From NCBI GenBank assembly GCA_965206645.1, contig CBDBKE010000004.1:1760001-1824000 (forward strand): a stretch of DNA of 64,000 nucleotides, given 5' to 3'. The notes beneath the pieces were generated by a model. It saw only the letters and a list, made by a program, of their open reading frames with translations. It did no database searches and was not told where the DNA came from. Each line of letters begins with the position of its first letter. The stretch's first letter is position 1. This DNA comes from Terriglobia bacterium (GTDB taxonomy: Bacteria > Acidobacteriota > Terriglobia > JAJPHL01 > JAPKYU01). Both the position numbers and the translations under genes were made by a program. Positions 1 through 10,551 of the stretch are shown here, one piece after another.

Positions 1-210
1 GCTGCCGTTCCCATTCTCTGCTCTCAGACCCCTGGCAAGCCGGCCAGAGCCTCATCTGATGGTGGAAAAAAGGGAACTATGAACGCCGGAGCAATAATAG
101 ACCAGGGAGCGCCGCGTAAGCGGCGGTTTCTGGCGGTGCAAAATTAGACCAGCGCAGTTCGATTCCATCAAACATTGTGATTCTGATGTGTTTTGTGAAA
201 CACCGGAGGT

Positions 211-1698
211 GTGCACACAGTGGAACTCTATGCGCGTGTTCGACGAGCAGTTCAGGTTGAGGGGATCAGTGAACGGGAGGCGGCGCGGCAGTTCGGGCTA
301 GCCCGCGAGACGGTCCGCAAGATGCTGCGGTACTCGATCCCTCCGGGCTATCGGCGGCAGCAGCCGGCGCGGCGGCCGAAGCTGGATGCCTGGGTGGGGA
401 TCATCGACCAGATCCTGGAGCAAGATAAGGCCCAGAGCAAGAAGCAACGCCACACGGCCAAGCGGGTTTTTGAGCGGCTGCGGGAGGAGCACGGATTCCC
501 GGGCGGATACACCATCGTGAAGGACTACGTGCGGCTGCGGAAGCTGAGCCAGCGGGAGATGTTCGTGCCGCTGGAGCATCCACCGGGGGAGGCCCAGGCC
601 GCGCAAGTGGTGATCGGCGGGGTGGAGCGCAAGGCGCACTATTTCGTGATGGAGCTGCCGCAATCGGACGACTGCTTCGTGATGGCGTTTCCGGCTGAGA
701 CGACCGAAGCGTTCTTAGAAGGGCACAACCAGGCGTTCGGCTACTTCGGCGGAGTGCCTCGCACGATCCTGTACGACAACACCAAGCTGGCGGTGAGGCA
801 GATCCTGGGTGACGGAACACGGAACAAGACGCGGGCGTTCTCCGAACTGCAGAGTCACTACCTGTTTGCGGAGAAGTTCGGACGACCGGGCAAGGGCAAT
901 GACAAAGGGAAAGTGGAAGGACTAGTGGGTTACGTGCGGCGGAACTTCCTGGTGCCGGTGCCGCGGTGTGCCAGCTGGGAGGAGTTGCACGCGAAGCTGC
1001 GGGAACAGTGCACCCGGCGGCGAGAGCGGCGTCTGCGAGGACATCAAGAGACGATCGGCGAGCGGTTCGCGAAGGATCAACAGAGGCTGCTGCCCCTGCC
1101 GGCGACGCCCTATGAGGCCTGCGACAAACGGACCACACGGGTGACGTCACTGTCGCTGGTGCGGTATCGATCCAACGACTATTCGGTGCCGGTGGCTTGG
1201 GGGCACCGGGAGGTGCTGGTGAAGGGATTCGTCGAGGAAGTGGTGATCTGTGCAGCGAGCGAAGTGATCGCACGCCATGTCCGGAGCTAGGAACGGGAAG
1301 AGATGATCTTCGATCCGTTGCACTATCTGGCGCTGCTGGAGCAGAAGCCGAACGCGTTGAACCAGGCCGCCCCCCTGGCCGGCTGGGAGTTGCCGGAAGG
1401 CTTCGCGCAACTGCGGCGGCTGATGGAGGCGCGGTTAGGCAAGAAGGGCAAGCGGGAGTATGTGCAGGTCCTGCGACGGCTGGAGACGTTCCGTTGGACG
1501 GAAGTGTCGCTGGCCGTCGAGGACGCCTTGCGGCTGGGGGCGATCTGGTCTGACGCGGTCAAGCATCTGCTGCTGGGCCGGATCGAGCAGCGGCCGGCGC
1601 GGCTGGACCTGGAGCACTATCCGCACCTGCCGGCGACGCAGGTGGCCACCACAGCCGCCGCCGACTATCTGACCCTGCTCCGGGAAGGAGTCTGCTGA
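211..1698 (+). pseudogene. istA: IS21 transposase IstA, disrupted
   Basis: N-terminal HTH, ILYDNTK and GNDKGKVEG motifs. In-frame TAG at 1288-1290, with the same frame continuing as ORF 1303..1698. The usual AQADFGEA motif reads AQAA (DFGE missing at 600/601). Confidence 0.88.
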
Positions 1699-2462
1699 TG
1701 GACACGCCCCAGGTGTTGCTGGAACACCATCTGAAGGCCCTGCGATTACCCACCTTTTTGCGTGAGTACGACAAGGTGGCGCAGCAGTGCGCTGCCGAGG
1801 GCGTGGACTTCCCGCGCTACCTGCTGCGGTTGACGGAGCTGGAGCTGCTGGACCGGGAACGGCGCGCCACCGAGCGGCGCATTCACCAAGCCAGGTTCGA
1901 CGTGGTGAAGAGCCTCGACAGTTTCGATTTCCTGGCCCTTCCGTCGCTGAATAAGGCCTTGGTGCTCGAGCTGGCCCGAGGCGAGTTCATCGAACGCAAG
2001 GAGAACATCCTGGCTTTAGGGAACTCGGGCACGGGAAAAACCCACATTGCGTTGGCGCTGGGACTGGCCGCCTGTCAGAAAGGGTTCCGGGTCCGGTTCA
2101 CTACGGCGGCCTCCCTGGCGCATGAGCTGATCGAGGCCAAGGACGAGCGGCGCCTGATGCGGTTCCAGAAGATGCTCTCCAGTTTCGAGCTGTTGATCAT
2201 TGACGAGCTGGGTTTCGTGCCGCTATCCAAGACTGGGGCGGAGTTGCTGTTTGAGGTCTTCAGCCGGCGCTACGAACGCAGCGCCACCGTGGTGACCAGC
2301 AACCTGCCGTTCAACGAATGGACGGAGGCCTTCGGATCGGAGCGGCTGACCGGAGCCCTGCTGGATCGTCTCACCCACCATGTCCACATCCTGGAGATAA
2401 ACGGGGAAAGTTGCCGGCTCAAGGACAGCAAACGAAGGCGTTCCGGAAAGCCTCGCGCCTGA
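1698..2462 (+). CDS. istB: IS21 helper ATPase IstB
   Basis: Walker A GNSGTGKT, Walker B LLIIDELG, TSNLPFNEW and ALLDRLTHH motifs; overlaps the istA stop. Confidence 0.95.
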   Translation: MDTPQVLLEHHLKALRLPTFLREYDKVAQQCAAEGVDFPRYLLRLTELELLDRERRATERRIHQARFDVVKSLDSFDFLALPSLNKALVLELARGEFIERKENILALGNSGTGKTHIALALGLAACQKGFRVRFTTAASLAHELIEAKDERRLMRFQKMLSSFELLIIDELGFVPLSKTGAELLFEVFSRRYERSATVVTSNLPFNEWTEAFGSERLTGALLDRLTHHVHILEINGESCRLKDSKRRRSGKPRA

Positions 2463-2766
2463 TCTCACCCAATACTGGGCGACGAGTTGCGAGGGCGGCT
2501 TCCACTCCGGCCTAACCGCGCCGCCCTGCGGGCGTCGCAGGCCTCCGCTCCAACCGCCCCCGCAACTCCCTCTCAAATCAAAGCTTCCACCACCCCTGAA
2601 CTGGTCTGCTTTCTCTCCGCCGGAGTGGTCTAGTTTTACTCCGCCCTTGACAGGGAATAGCTAACCGTGAAACGAACCGTCACCGGCAACTCGTTTTGAG
2701 GTATTCTCCCGGCGATACCAGCGCCTCGAAGCCTGTCCTGGGCAACTGGGCATCTCTGGAGGAGCC

Positions 2767-3276
2767 ATGAAGGCGAAACTCACTCTGGTCGTAGTCGTGC
2801 TGCTTGTTGTCGCCTACATCGTAAGGTACTGGCCCGAACACCAGCGCCTGGTGGCGGCGAACGGTGAATTGCAGTTGGTCAGAGGGCAGCTGAACGAGGC
2901 GGAGGCGCACGTCCGAATCTGCAAACTTCAAAACCGCCTGCTTCACTTGATTGAGAAAACCGTCGCGCAAGACTACGGAGAAGCGCAAGAACTTTCCACT
3001 CAGTTCTTCGACCAGGTACGTCTGGAAATGCCGCGGAATACCCAGCCGCAGCTGCAGTCCGCTCTAGGGTCGGTCCTACGGATGCGCGATTCCGTGACGG
3101 TGGGCCTGACCAAGGGAGACCCCGCTACGCTCGATTTGCTGCAGCAGATGATGAGACAGTTCCGCCAGGCTGTCGCCCCGGAGACGCCAGGCGATGCGGC
3201 GCGTGTGGAAACACCAGCGCCTCCAGCTCCGGCTCCGGAAACCCCTGCACCAGCCGCAGATCAAACGCAGCCCTAG
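2767..3276 (+). CDS. Hypothetical membrane-anchored helical protein with Pro/Ala-rich tail
   Basis: GGAG RBS; N-terminal hydrophobic helix, predicted coiled coil, C-terminal ETPAP repeats. Confidence 0.7.
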   Translation: MKAKLTLVVVVLLVVAYIVRYWPEHQRLVAANGELQLVRGQLNEAEAHVRICKLQNRLLHLIEKTVAQDYGEAQELSTQFFDQVRLEMPRNTQPQLQSALGSVLRMRDSVTVGLTKGDPATLDLLQQMMRQFRQAVAPETPGDAARVETPAPPAPAPETPAPAADQTQP

Positions 3277-3516
3277 AGGCGTCCCCGCCATTGCGCAGCA
3301 ACGCCAAGCGGACGGCAAAGGTGGCAACGTTGATGGAGTCCAACGCTCGGCGCTCTTTGAGCCATTCGTGGTGGCAGACCGACCCCGTTTGCCGCGTGCA
3401 TCGGCCGAGGTTATACTATGGCTGGAGATGGCAAGGGCCAGACTCCAGTTGAAGTCGAGTCGCACGGCGTCAGTAACGGGTACTCCCCTCGTAACAATGG
3501 GGGACCAAGAAATTTC

Positions 3517-5079
3517 ATGCCACCCACTCCTTGGCCTCGGTCTCTAGCTACTTTGCTGGTGGCCTCGGTTCTTTTGCCTCCTGTAGGACTTGTACTGCTC
3601 TGGTTGCGCTCTGAAACGCGTTTGCGGCGCAAGGTCCTTGGGTCCGCAGTGATTCTGGTGCTCGGGGTCGTGTATCTCCAGGTGTTCTTCAGCCTCCGGA
3701 TGGAACGGGACGGCAGCGGCCTCTACCCGATCTTCTCCTTTCACAAGCGCGACCACTACACGGAACTGGAACGGAGTCGCGCTGAACATCGTGCCGTGAA
3801 TGTTGAAGCTCAGCCAGCACCGGGCAGTCCTGTTCGTGGAACAGCGAGCGGCACAGGAATAGATACGGTCGCCGCGGAAACTGCAACGACGGTTCCCGCG
3901 GGGACCACTTCAGCGTCTGCTCTCGGCTCCTACTGGACAGACTATCGCGGACCGAAACGTGATGGCCGCTACGAGAAGCAAATCCTTACGGATTGGCCGT
4001 CCGGAGGGCTCCCCCTGCTCTGGAAGCAACCGATCGGGGGCGGTTACGCCTCATTTGTCATAGCAGAAGGGAGAGCTTTCACAATCGAGCAACGCCGACG
4101 CCGAGAGATCGTGGCTGCCTATGACATCGAGACCGGCCGCGAGTTGTGGACGCACGCCTGGAACGCAGAGTTCCGTGAGGCCATGGGCGGGGACGGACCG
4201 CGGGCCACCCCGACCTGGCATGAAGGACGCCTCTACGCGCTAGGTGCCATCGGCGAGCTTCGCTGCCTGGAGGCGACATCGGGCAGGCTGATCTGGTCGC
4301 GCAATATCCTGACCGACAACCAAAGCCAGAACCTGACCTGGGGAATGTCCGCCTCGCCACTCGTCGTGGACGAGAAAGTAATTGTGCTTCCCGGTGGCAC
4401 GGGCAAGTCGGTGGTCGCCTACCACAAGCTTACCGGAAAACCCCTCTGGAAGGCGCTCAACGACAAACAGGCCTACACTTCACCGATGCTAGTCACGCTG
4501 GCCGGTCAGAGGCAAATCCTTGTCGTGAGCGCTCGCCGGGCGATGGGCCTGGCGGTGGAAGATGGCTCGTTGCTGTGGGACTACCCGTGGGTCACCAGCT
4601 ATGACATTAATGCCGCCCAGCCCATCGTGCTGGATGAAAAGCGTTTTTTCCTGTCGGCCGGCTACGGGCACGGTGCGACAGTAGTGGAAGTGGCCAGGAC
4701 CGGAAACGGCTTTCGCGCCCGGACCGTTTGGGAAAACAATTCGATGAAGAATAAGTTTAACAGTTCGGTGCTCTATGCAGGCCACATCTTTGGCCTGGAC
4801 GAGGGGATCCTCGCGTGCATCAATGCGGAAACGGGACAGCGCGCGTGGAAGGGGGGACGCTACGGCTACGGCCAGTTGCTGCTAGCTAGCGGCCACCTCA
4901 TTGTCCTCAGTGAACAGGGAGACGTAGCGCTAGTCAAGGCTACTCCCGAGCGACACCTGGAACTGGCCCGCTTTTCAGCCATTAGCGGAAAGACGTGGAA
5001 TAATCCAGCCATGGACGGAGGCCGACTCCTGGTCCGCAACGGCACGGAAATGGCGTGCTTTAGAATCTCGGCGGATTAA
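3517..5079 (+). CDS. PQQ-binding-like (BamB-type) beta-propeller protein with two N-terminal TM helices
   Basis: YWTDYRGPKRDG motif and repeated xGxxxW tryptophan-docking motifs (TGRELW, SGRLIW, TGKPLW, DGSLLW). Start ATG 3517 preferred; the ORF is open from 3418. Confidence 0.88.
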   Translation: MPPTPWPRSLATLLVASVLLPPVGLVLLWLRSETRLRRKVLGSAVILVLGVVYLQVFFSLRMERDGSGLYPIFSFHKRDHYTELERSRAEHRAVNVEAQPAPGSPVRGTASGTGIDTVAAETATTVPAGTTSASALGSYWTDYRGPKRDGRYEKQILTDWPSGGLPLLWKQPIGGGYASFVIAEGRAFTIEQRRRREIVAAYDIETGRELWTHAWNAEFREAMGGDGPRATPTWHEGRLYALGAIGELRCLEATSGRLIWSRNILTDNQSQNLTWGMSASPLVVDEKVIVLPGGTGKSVVAYHKLTGKPLWKALNDKQAYTSPMLVTLAGQRQILVVSARRAMGLAVEDGSLLWDYPWVTSYDINAAQPIVLDEKRFFLSAGYGHGATVVEVARTGNGFRARTVWENNSMKNKFNSSVLYAGHIFGLDEGILACINAETGQRAWKGGRYGYGQLLLASGHLIVLSEQGDVALVKATPERHLELARFSAISGKTWNNPAMDGGRLLVRNGTEMACFRISAD

Positions 5080-5145
5080 ACCCCGCTTCTCCCCAAGCCG
5101 GGATTCGCTCAACAGTCAGCGGATGCCCCCGGAATTGTTCACCCC

Positions 5146-8100
5146 CTAGAATAAAAGTTTCAGACCAAATTGGATGCGACGTGGATTCTGCGCTGACAAA
5201 ATACGGCCAAAAGTGGGCGAACCCACAAAGATATCCGGCAGATCAAAATTGGCTCGGTTGAAAAGGTTGAAGGTCTCAGCCCGTATTTGGAACGTCCAGC
5301 CCTCCTTGAGGACTATGTTCTTGAGCAGCGACAAATTGACGGTCTGAAGGCCAGGCCCTTCCAAGATATTCCTGCCGGAATTCCCAAAACGACCCCGGGG
5401 CGGAATGGAAAAAGCGTCTGTGTTGAACCAGCGTTCCGCTGTCGGATGATTTAGTTGTGCATCGCCCACCCGGTCGGGCCGATCATTGGCACCAAAGCCC
5501 AGTATGGACCTGCCGGTATTGCTGTTGTCGTTCTCCGGAAGCAGCGCCACAGTGAAGGGGCGCCCGCTCTGGAAGGTCAATATACCGTGAGTCTGCCAAC
5601 CTTCCAGCACGGTGGAAAGCCAACCTGAACGATTCAAAACAGCTCCCTGCGTGCCAATCGGCAGGTCGTAGGAATAACCGACGGAAAGACGGTGCCGGAC
5701 GTCGAAATTGGACCGGCCTCGTTCGGCTCGAACGTTCTCGCTGTCCTGGGGAAAGTTGGGATCGCCGGTGCTGGAGAAAAAACTGGAAGCGTCATCTAGG
5801 GATTTCGACCAGGTGTAGGCGGTTAGAAGCGACAGCCCCCGATGCAGACGCTGCTGGAATCGAACCTGGAACGCATGATAGGTGGAGTTGCTGCGCGACT
5901 CCAGAAGATTGATGTCGTCAAACTGAAGCACCGGCCGCGGATTGGGCTGCAGCGCGCTTGGGCGGGGTTGATTGATATCGCGCGCGGTCAGCAAGTTCGT
6001 TCCCTTGGAACCCACATAGGCCACCTCCAGAACGCGCCGCTCGCCCAGTTCCTGCTGGACGTTCAGATTCCAGTGCTGAACGTACGGGCTCCGCAAATCC
6101 CTCTGAAACGCCAAGGCCGAAGAAGGCAGCGGCAGCGGGAAGAATTCGGGAAACGGATCGTCCAGGGTCAGCGAAAAACCGGGGAAACCTGGAAAGAGGA
6201 AATCTGGAGGAAGGGGGAAGTAAAGCTTGAAATCAAAAAATGGGGCGTTGAAATAAAGTCCCTCTCCGGGAGCCAGCGATGCCTGATCGTAGAAGACGCC
6301 ATAGCCGGCGCGCAGGACGGTGTTCTTGTTCCCTGGTGACCAGGCGATGCCCAGTCGGGGGCCCCAGTTGTTCTTGTCGGCCTTATACCCGCTCCGCGGT
6401 ATTCCGCCCGAGCCTACCGGGACCAAAGCCTGGGTTGCCGGATCGTAGACATTGGCCCGGTCCTCCGCGTCCACTGGCGGCGAGGTATATTCATAACGGA
6501 TTCCTGCTGTAAGGGTCAGATTGGCACGGATCCGATAAGTGTCATGGACGTAGAAGTCATAGCTCTCCGTACGGAGGTGCTGATGATTGTCCACACGCGC
6601 GCCCCCGGCAAGTGTGGGAAACCCCAGCAGCAGGTCGGCGAGCGGATTTCGAGTCAGACCAACAAAGTTGAGGAAGCCTCGCGATTGCACGTCGCGAAAC
6701 GCATTCTGCTGCAGGATTCGGAAACCGAAGCCGAATTTCAACACATGTCGCCCATGCGAGTATGTGGCGTGATCCAACAATTGGAAGGTGTTCGAGACGC
6801 TATGCTGGGGATTATTAGACTCATCTCCCAGTGGAGAAAATCCGGACACGGTAATGAGACTGAGACCAAAATCTCGCGGCTTGCTGGAAAGTTCCGGCAA
6901 GCCCACCAAACGGTTTACGCTCTTTCCCAGGTTCTCATGGAAGGCGCCGGAAGCCACCCGGTTGAATCCGGCACGCACCTCGTTGATAAAGACCGGCGAG
7001 AGAACATGAATGCCGCTCAGCATCAGGTTTTGGCCTCTCTGCGGCACGTCCGTTCCGTAGCCGGGAACAGCAGCAAACCGGGGTCCGGAGAAGGGCTCGA
7101 AAAGCGTCTGGTCGGCAAGACTATAGCGGAACGACAAATCGGCAGACTGCCCCAGGGAGTGATCGAGCCGCGCGTCGAAGTGATCCTCTCGATCCCGCCG
7201 CGATGGAGAGGAAACGAAGTTCTGCGGGGTGGCAGGCCGGTTGGGCTCTGGAAACAAGGCAGCAATGCTTCGGCCAACGGGATGCAGGCGCGCTTCCGGG
7301 ATTTTGCCATCCGGAAAGGGCGCTCCGGTGAACGGATCGATTGGAACCCCCAAACGGCTCAGGGAGAAATCGCCCCCGCGTTCCTGAAGCGTCGGGACAA
7401 CGGCGCCGCTGGTGATTCCCTCGCGTACACGGCGACCTTCGTAATCGGAAAAGAAGAACGTCCGGTCCTTGCGGACGGGCCCGCCCAGCGAGAAACCAAA
7501 TTGATTCCTCTGATATTGTGGGTTCGGAGGGACGAAAAAATTGCGGGCACCCACAGCTTTGTTTCGGAGAAATGCGTATACGCTTCCATGCACCTTATTG
7601 GTGCCGGATTTCAAGACAACGTTGACCTGTCCCCCGACATTGCGTCCGAAGGAAGCGTCGTAGGTGCTGGTCAGAACCTCAAATTCCTGGATTGCGTCGA
7701 CCGGGGGATTGACATTAAGCCCGTTGAGTTCGGGATCGCCATTATAGACACCGTCCAGAAGGAAATGATTTGAGTCTTCCCGCGCCCCATTGAAATGGAT
7801 GGCGTCTCCCCGAACGGAACCGGCTGAACCCTGGGCGGCGGGAACCGCTCCCGGCAGCAGCAGACTGAGTTCGAAAAAGTTGCGACCGTCCAGGGGCAGG
7901 CCAAGGATTTGCCGGTTTTCAATCACGACGCCAAGCGCTGCCGACTGCGTTCTCAGCAGGGCGGGAGTTCCCGTCACAACCACTGTTTCCTTCACGCTAC
8001 CCAAGTGCAATGCCACTTCAATCCGTAACTCCTGGTTGACCTGCAGAACCAGATTTTGGACGTGCTTCCTGTAGCCAGCCCGTTCGGCTTCCAGGCGATA

Positions 8101-8328
8101 GGAACCAAGCGGCAGCGAGGAAATAACGAACTCGCCCTGCGCGTCACTCACCGCTGTTCGCGTCTTATTCGTGTCCTGGTGAACCAGCGTGATCCGGACC
8201 CCGGGAACAGAGGCCATCGAAGGGCCGGTGACCAGCCCGCTCACAGAACCATGGAGGGATTGAGCGCGCCCCGGAAAGGACAGCAAAGTCAGCGAAAGGA
8301 TCCAGGCGAGGCCGATTCTTGCGTGCAC
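5146..8328 (-). CDS. TonB-dependent receptor, Oar-like, with carboxypeptidase-regulatory-like N-terminal domain
   Basis: Signal peptide, [33 protein letters not shown] and C-terminal [15 protein letters not shown] start at 8328 follows an AAGAAGGG RBS. Confidence 0.92.
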   Translation of the reverse strand: MHARIGLAWILSLTLLSFPGRAQSLHGSVSGLVTGPSMASVPGVRITLVHQDTNKTRTAVSDAQGEFVISSLPLGSYRLEAERAGYRKHVQNLVLQVNQELRIEVALHLGSVKETVVVTGTPALLRTQSAALGVVIENRQILGLPLDGRNFFELSLLLPGAVPAAQGSAGSVRGDAIHFNGAREDSNHFLLDGVYNGDPELNGLNVNPPVDAIQEFEVLTSTYDASFGRNVGGQVNVVLKSGTNKVHGSVYAFLRNKAVGARNFFVPPNPQYQRNQFGFSLGGPVRKDRTFFFSDYEGRRVREGITSGAVVPTLQERGGDFSLSRLGVPIDPFTGAPFPDGKIPEARLHPVGRSIAALFPEPNRPATPQNFVSSPSRRDREDHFDARLDHSLGQSADLSFRYSLADQTLFEPFSGPRFAAVPGYGTDVPQRGQNLMLSGIHVLSPVFINEVRAGFNRVASGAFHENLGKSVNRLVGLPELSSKPRDFGLSLITVSGFSPLGDESNNPQHSVSNTFQLLDHATYSHGRHVLKFGFGFRILQQNAFRDVQSRGFLNFVGLTRNPLADLLLGFPTLAGGARVDNHQHLRTESYDFYVHDTYRIRANLTLTAGIRYEYTSPPVDAEDRANVYDPATQALVPVGSGGIPRSGYKADKNNWGPRLGIAWSPGNKNTVLRAGYGVFYDQASLAPGEGLYFNAPFFDFKLYFPLPPDFLFPGFPGFSLTLDDPFPEFFPLPLPSSALAFQRDLRSPYVQHWNLNVQQELGERRVLEVAYVGSKGTNLLTARDINQPRPSALQPNPRPVLQFDDINLLESRSNSTYHAFQVRFQQRLHRGLSLLTAYTWSKSLDDASSFFSSTGDPNFPQDSENVRAERGRSNFDVRHRLSVGYSYDLPIGTQGAVLNRSGWLSTVLEGWQTHGILTFQSGRPFTVALLPENDNSNTGRSILGFGANDRPDRVGDAQLNHPTAERWFNTDAFSIPPRGRFGNSGRNILEGPGLQTVNLSLLKNIVLKEGWTFQIRAETFNLFNRANFDLPDIFVGSPTFGRILSAQNPRRIQFGLKLLF

Positions 8329-8525
8329 GGAGCCCTTCTTGACAGCGTTTTGCACGTAAGCGACAATGCGGGCGAAACGAACTATACCTATACTACAGCG
8401 TCCAGCAATAGTGAAGCACGTTGTCGAAGCGGACCTGCACGTAAGAACCGAAGCGTCCCGAAACACGCTGGACGCGTGAGTCCGCGACATTGTGCAATGG
8501 CATTTGATCCGGCTATCGCCTTGAG

Positions 8526-9857
8526 ATGAAGATCCTCCTGATCACCGCCGGTGCCGCCCGCATGTACTGTGGAAGCTGTCTTCGAGATAACGCTCTGGCG
8601 GCAGAGCTGATGTCCCAAGGCCATGAAGTGATCCTTCTCCCCATTTACACACCCACTCGGACCGACGAGCCGAACGTCAGCCAGAGCAGAGTGTTCTTCG
8701 GGGGAATCAATGTGTATCTTCAGCAACGCTTGGCTTTGTTTCGCAAGACGCCCTGGCTGCTGGACAGGCTGTGGGACTCTCGCCTGGTGCTGCAGGCGGC
8801 CACCCGAGGCTGGGTCCAAACCGAGCCCCGCCTGCTGGGCGAGCTCACGATCTCAGTGTTGAAGGGCGAGGAGGGCTTCCAACGTAAGGAACTCCTCAAA
8901 TTGCTGCACTGGCTCCGAACGCAGAGTCCCCCCGACGTCGTTAACCTTCCGAACTCCCTCCTGATTGGGCTGGCGCGTCCCTTGAAAAAGGAGCTGGGCT
9001 GTCCGGTCTGCTGCACCCTCCAGGGCGAGAATGTATTTCTGGAAGGTCTCGCGGAGCCCTACCGGAGCGCCGCTCTGGATTTGATTCGGGCGAACGTTGA
9101 GTTTGTGGATGCTTTTTTGCCGGTGAGCGAATACAGCGCCGAATTCATGTCCAAGTATCTGGGCATACCCGACGGCAAAATGCACGTGGTGCCATTGGGA
9201 ATCAACTTGAAAGGATATGCAGCCAGCAGGCGCCAGCGGTCCAACTGTTTCACTGTCGGCTACTTTGCTCGGATCACCCCAGAAAAAGGATTGCACGTGC
9301 TGTGCGAGTCGTACAGGCGCCTGCGGCAAGGAGACAACCTGCCCGCGGCCAGGCTGGAGGTGGCCGGTTACCTGGCCCCCGAACATCAAGACTATCTGCG
9401 TGCCATCGGGCGACAGATGGGGGAGTGGGGCCTGGACGGGGAGTTCCGCTACCGAGGTATTCTGGACAGAGACGCAAAGATCCGGTTTCTTCAAAATCTG
9501 GACGTACTTTGCGTTCCGAGCACCTACAGCGAACACAAGGGCATTTACTTGCTGGAAGCAATGGCCAACGGTGTGCCGGTGGTTCAGCCCCGGCGGGGCG
9601 CCTTCGCGGAAATCATCGCCAAAACGTCGGGGGGATTGCTGGTGGAACCGGATGATTGCGACCGTCTTGCCGAGGGGATTCTGGCCATCTGGAAAGATCC
9701 GGCCTGGGCGACAGAACTGGGGCGAAATGGCTCCAACGGAGTTCGCGAGCACTACAGCGTTGCTGGTATGGCCGGCCGCGCCCTGGAGGTCTACGCGAGC
9801 CTTCAGAGCGCGCTGAGCCAGCCTCAACAGCGCACCGCAGTAGCCGAGTGCAATTGA
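8526..9857 (+). CDS. Glycosyltransferase family 4 (GT-B)
   Basis: [16 protein letters not shown] and [23 protein letters not shown] (EX7E) motifs; N-terminal YCGSCLRD. Confidence 0.9.
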   Translation: MKILLITAGAARMYCGSCLRDNALAAELMSQGHEVILLPIYTPTRTDEPNVSQSRVFFGGINVYLQQRLALFRKTPWLLDRLWDSRLVLQAATRGWVQTEPRLLGELTISVLKGEEGFQRKELLKLLHWLRTQSPPDVVNLPNSLLIGLARPLKKELGCPVCCTLQGENVFLEGLAEPYRSAALDLIRANVEFVDAFLPVSEYSAEFMSKYLGIPDGKMHVVPLGINLKGYAASRRQRSNCFTVGYFARITPEKGLHVLCESYRRLRQGDNLPAARLEVAGYLAPEHQDYLRAIGRQMGEWGLDGEFRYRGILDRDAKIRFLQNLDVLCVPSTYSEHKGIYLLEAMANGVPVVQPRRGAFAEIIAKTSGGLLVEPDDCDRLAEGILAIWKDPAWATELGRNGSNGVREHYSVAGMAGRALEVYASLQSALSQPQQRTAVAECN

Positions 9858-9885
9858 ACGAACGGCTCGACCGAGGTCTTGCCCT

Positions 9886-10551
9886 TTGCTCGAAGTCACT
9901 AACCTCACCAAAGAATATTCAGGTCCGCGGGGTCCACTATCCATCCTTTCCGGAATAAACCTTTCTCTCTCCCGCGGAGAGGCGGTCTCGATCATGGGGC
10001 CGTCAGGCAGCGGCAAGAGCACCTTGCTGTATATCCTCGGCGCCTTGGAACAGCCCAGCGCGGGAACGGTCAGCTTGGACGGCGAGAACCCGTTTGAGCT
10101 GAGCGAAAGAGAGCTGGCCGCATTCCGGAATAAGAAAATCGGGTTTGTCTTCCAGGACCACTGCCTGCTGCCGCAGTGCTCGGTTCTTGAGAACGTGCTA
10201 ACTCCGAGTTTGGTCGCAGGCCCAGGCAACGATTACGTTGCTCGGGCACAGAGGCTGCTGGAGCAGGTGGGCTTGGCGGAACGCCTCGAGCACCGCCCAG
10301 CCGAACTTTCCGGGGGTGAAAAGCAGCGGGTGGCTCTGGCGCGCGCGCTCCTCATGGAACCGTTGTTGCTGCTCTGCGACGAGCCCACGGGCAATCTGGA
10401 TCGCCGTTCGGCCCAGGGGGTAGCCTCCCTGTTGCTGGACCTGCACCAGCGTCAGGAGACCATCCTGGTGATGGTCACCCACAGCACCGAGCTGGCCGCC
10501 CGGTTCCCCGTACGATTTGAATTAGTTGGAGGACAGCTCCAACGAGCGTAA
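9886..10551 (+). CDS. ABC transporter ATP-binding protein, LolD/MacB-like
   Basis: GPSGSGKST, GFVFQ, LSGGEKQRVALARAL, LLLCDEPTGNLD and VTH motifs. Confidence 0.95.
   Translation: MLEVTNLTKEYSGPRGPLSILSGINLSLSRGEAVSIMGPSGSGKSTLLYILGALEQPSAGTVSLDGENPFELSERELAAFRNKKIGFVFQDHCLLPQCSVLENVLTPSLVAGPGNDYVARAQRLLEQVGLAERLEHRPAELSGGEKQRVALARALLMEPLLLLCDEPTGNLDRRSAQGVASLLLDLHQRQETILVMVTHSTELAARFPVRFELVGGQLQRA

Larger units (their letters stand above)
78..2652 (+). mobile_element. IS21-family insertion sequence (istA-istB), apparently inactive
   Basis: Left end TATGAACGCCGGAGCAATAATAGACCA (78-104) matches the reverse complement of the right end TGTCAAGGGCGGAGTAAAACTAGACCA (ends 2652). Extra subterminal TAGACCA/GACCAG repeats occur at both ends. 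Flanks GGGAAC (72-77) / GGGAAT (2653-2658) look like an imperfect target duplication. Confidence 0.9.

Noticed and set aside
2647-2675. Outward-facing TTGACA at the IS21 right end as a hybrid promoter
   Set aside because: No credible -10 hexamer 16-18 nt downstream.
5842-10229. Long antisense ORFs (5842..6339, 6544..7773, 8853..10229)
   Set aside because: Shadows of well-supported genes on the opposite strand; no motifs; expected in GC-rich DNA.
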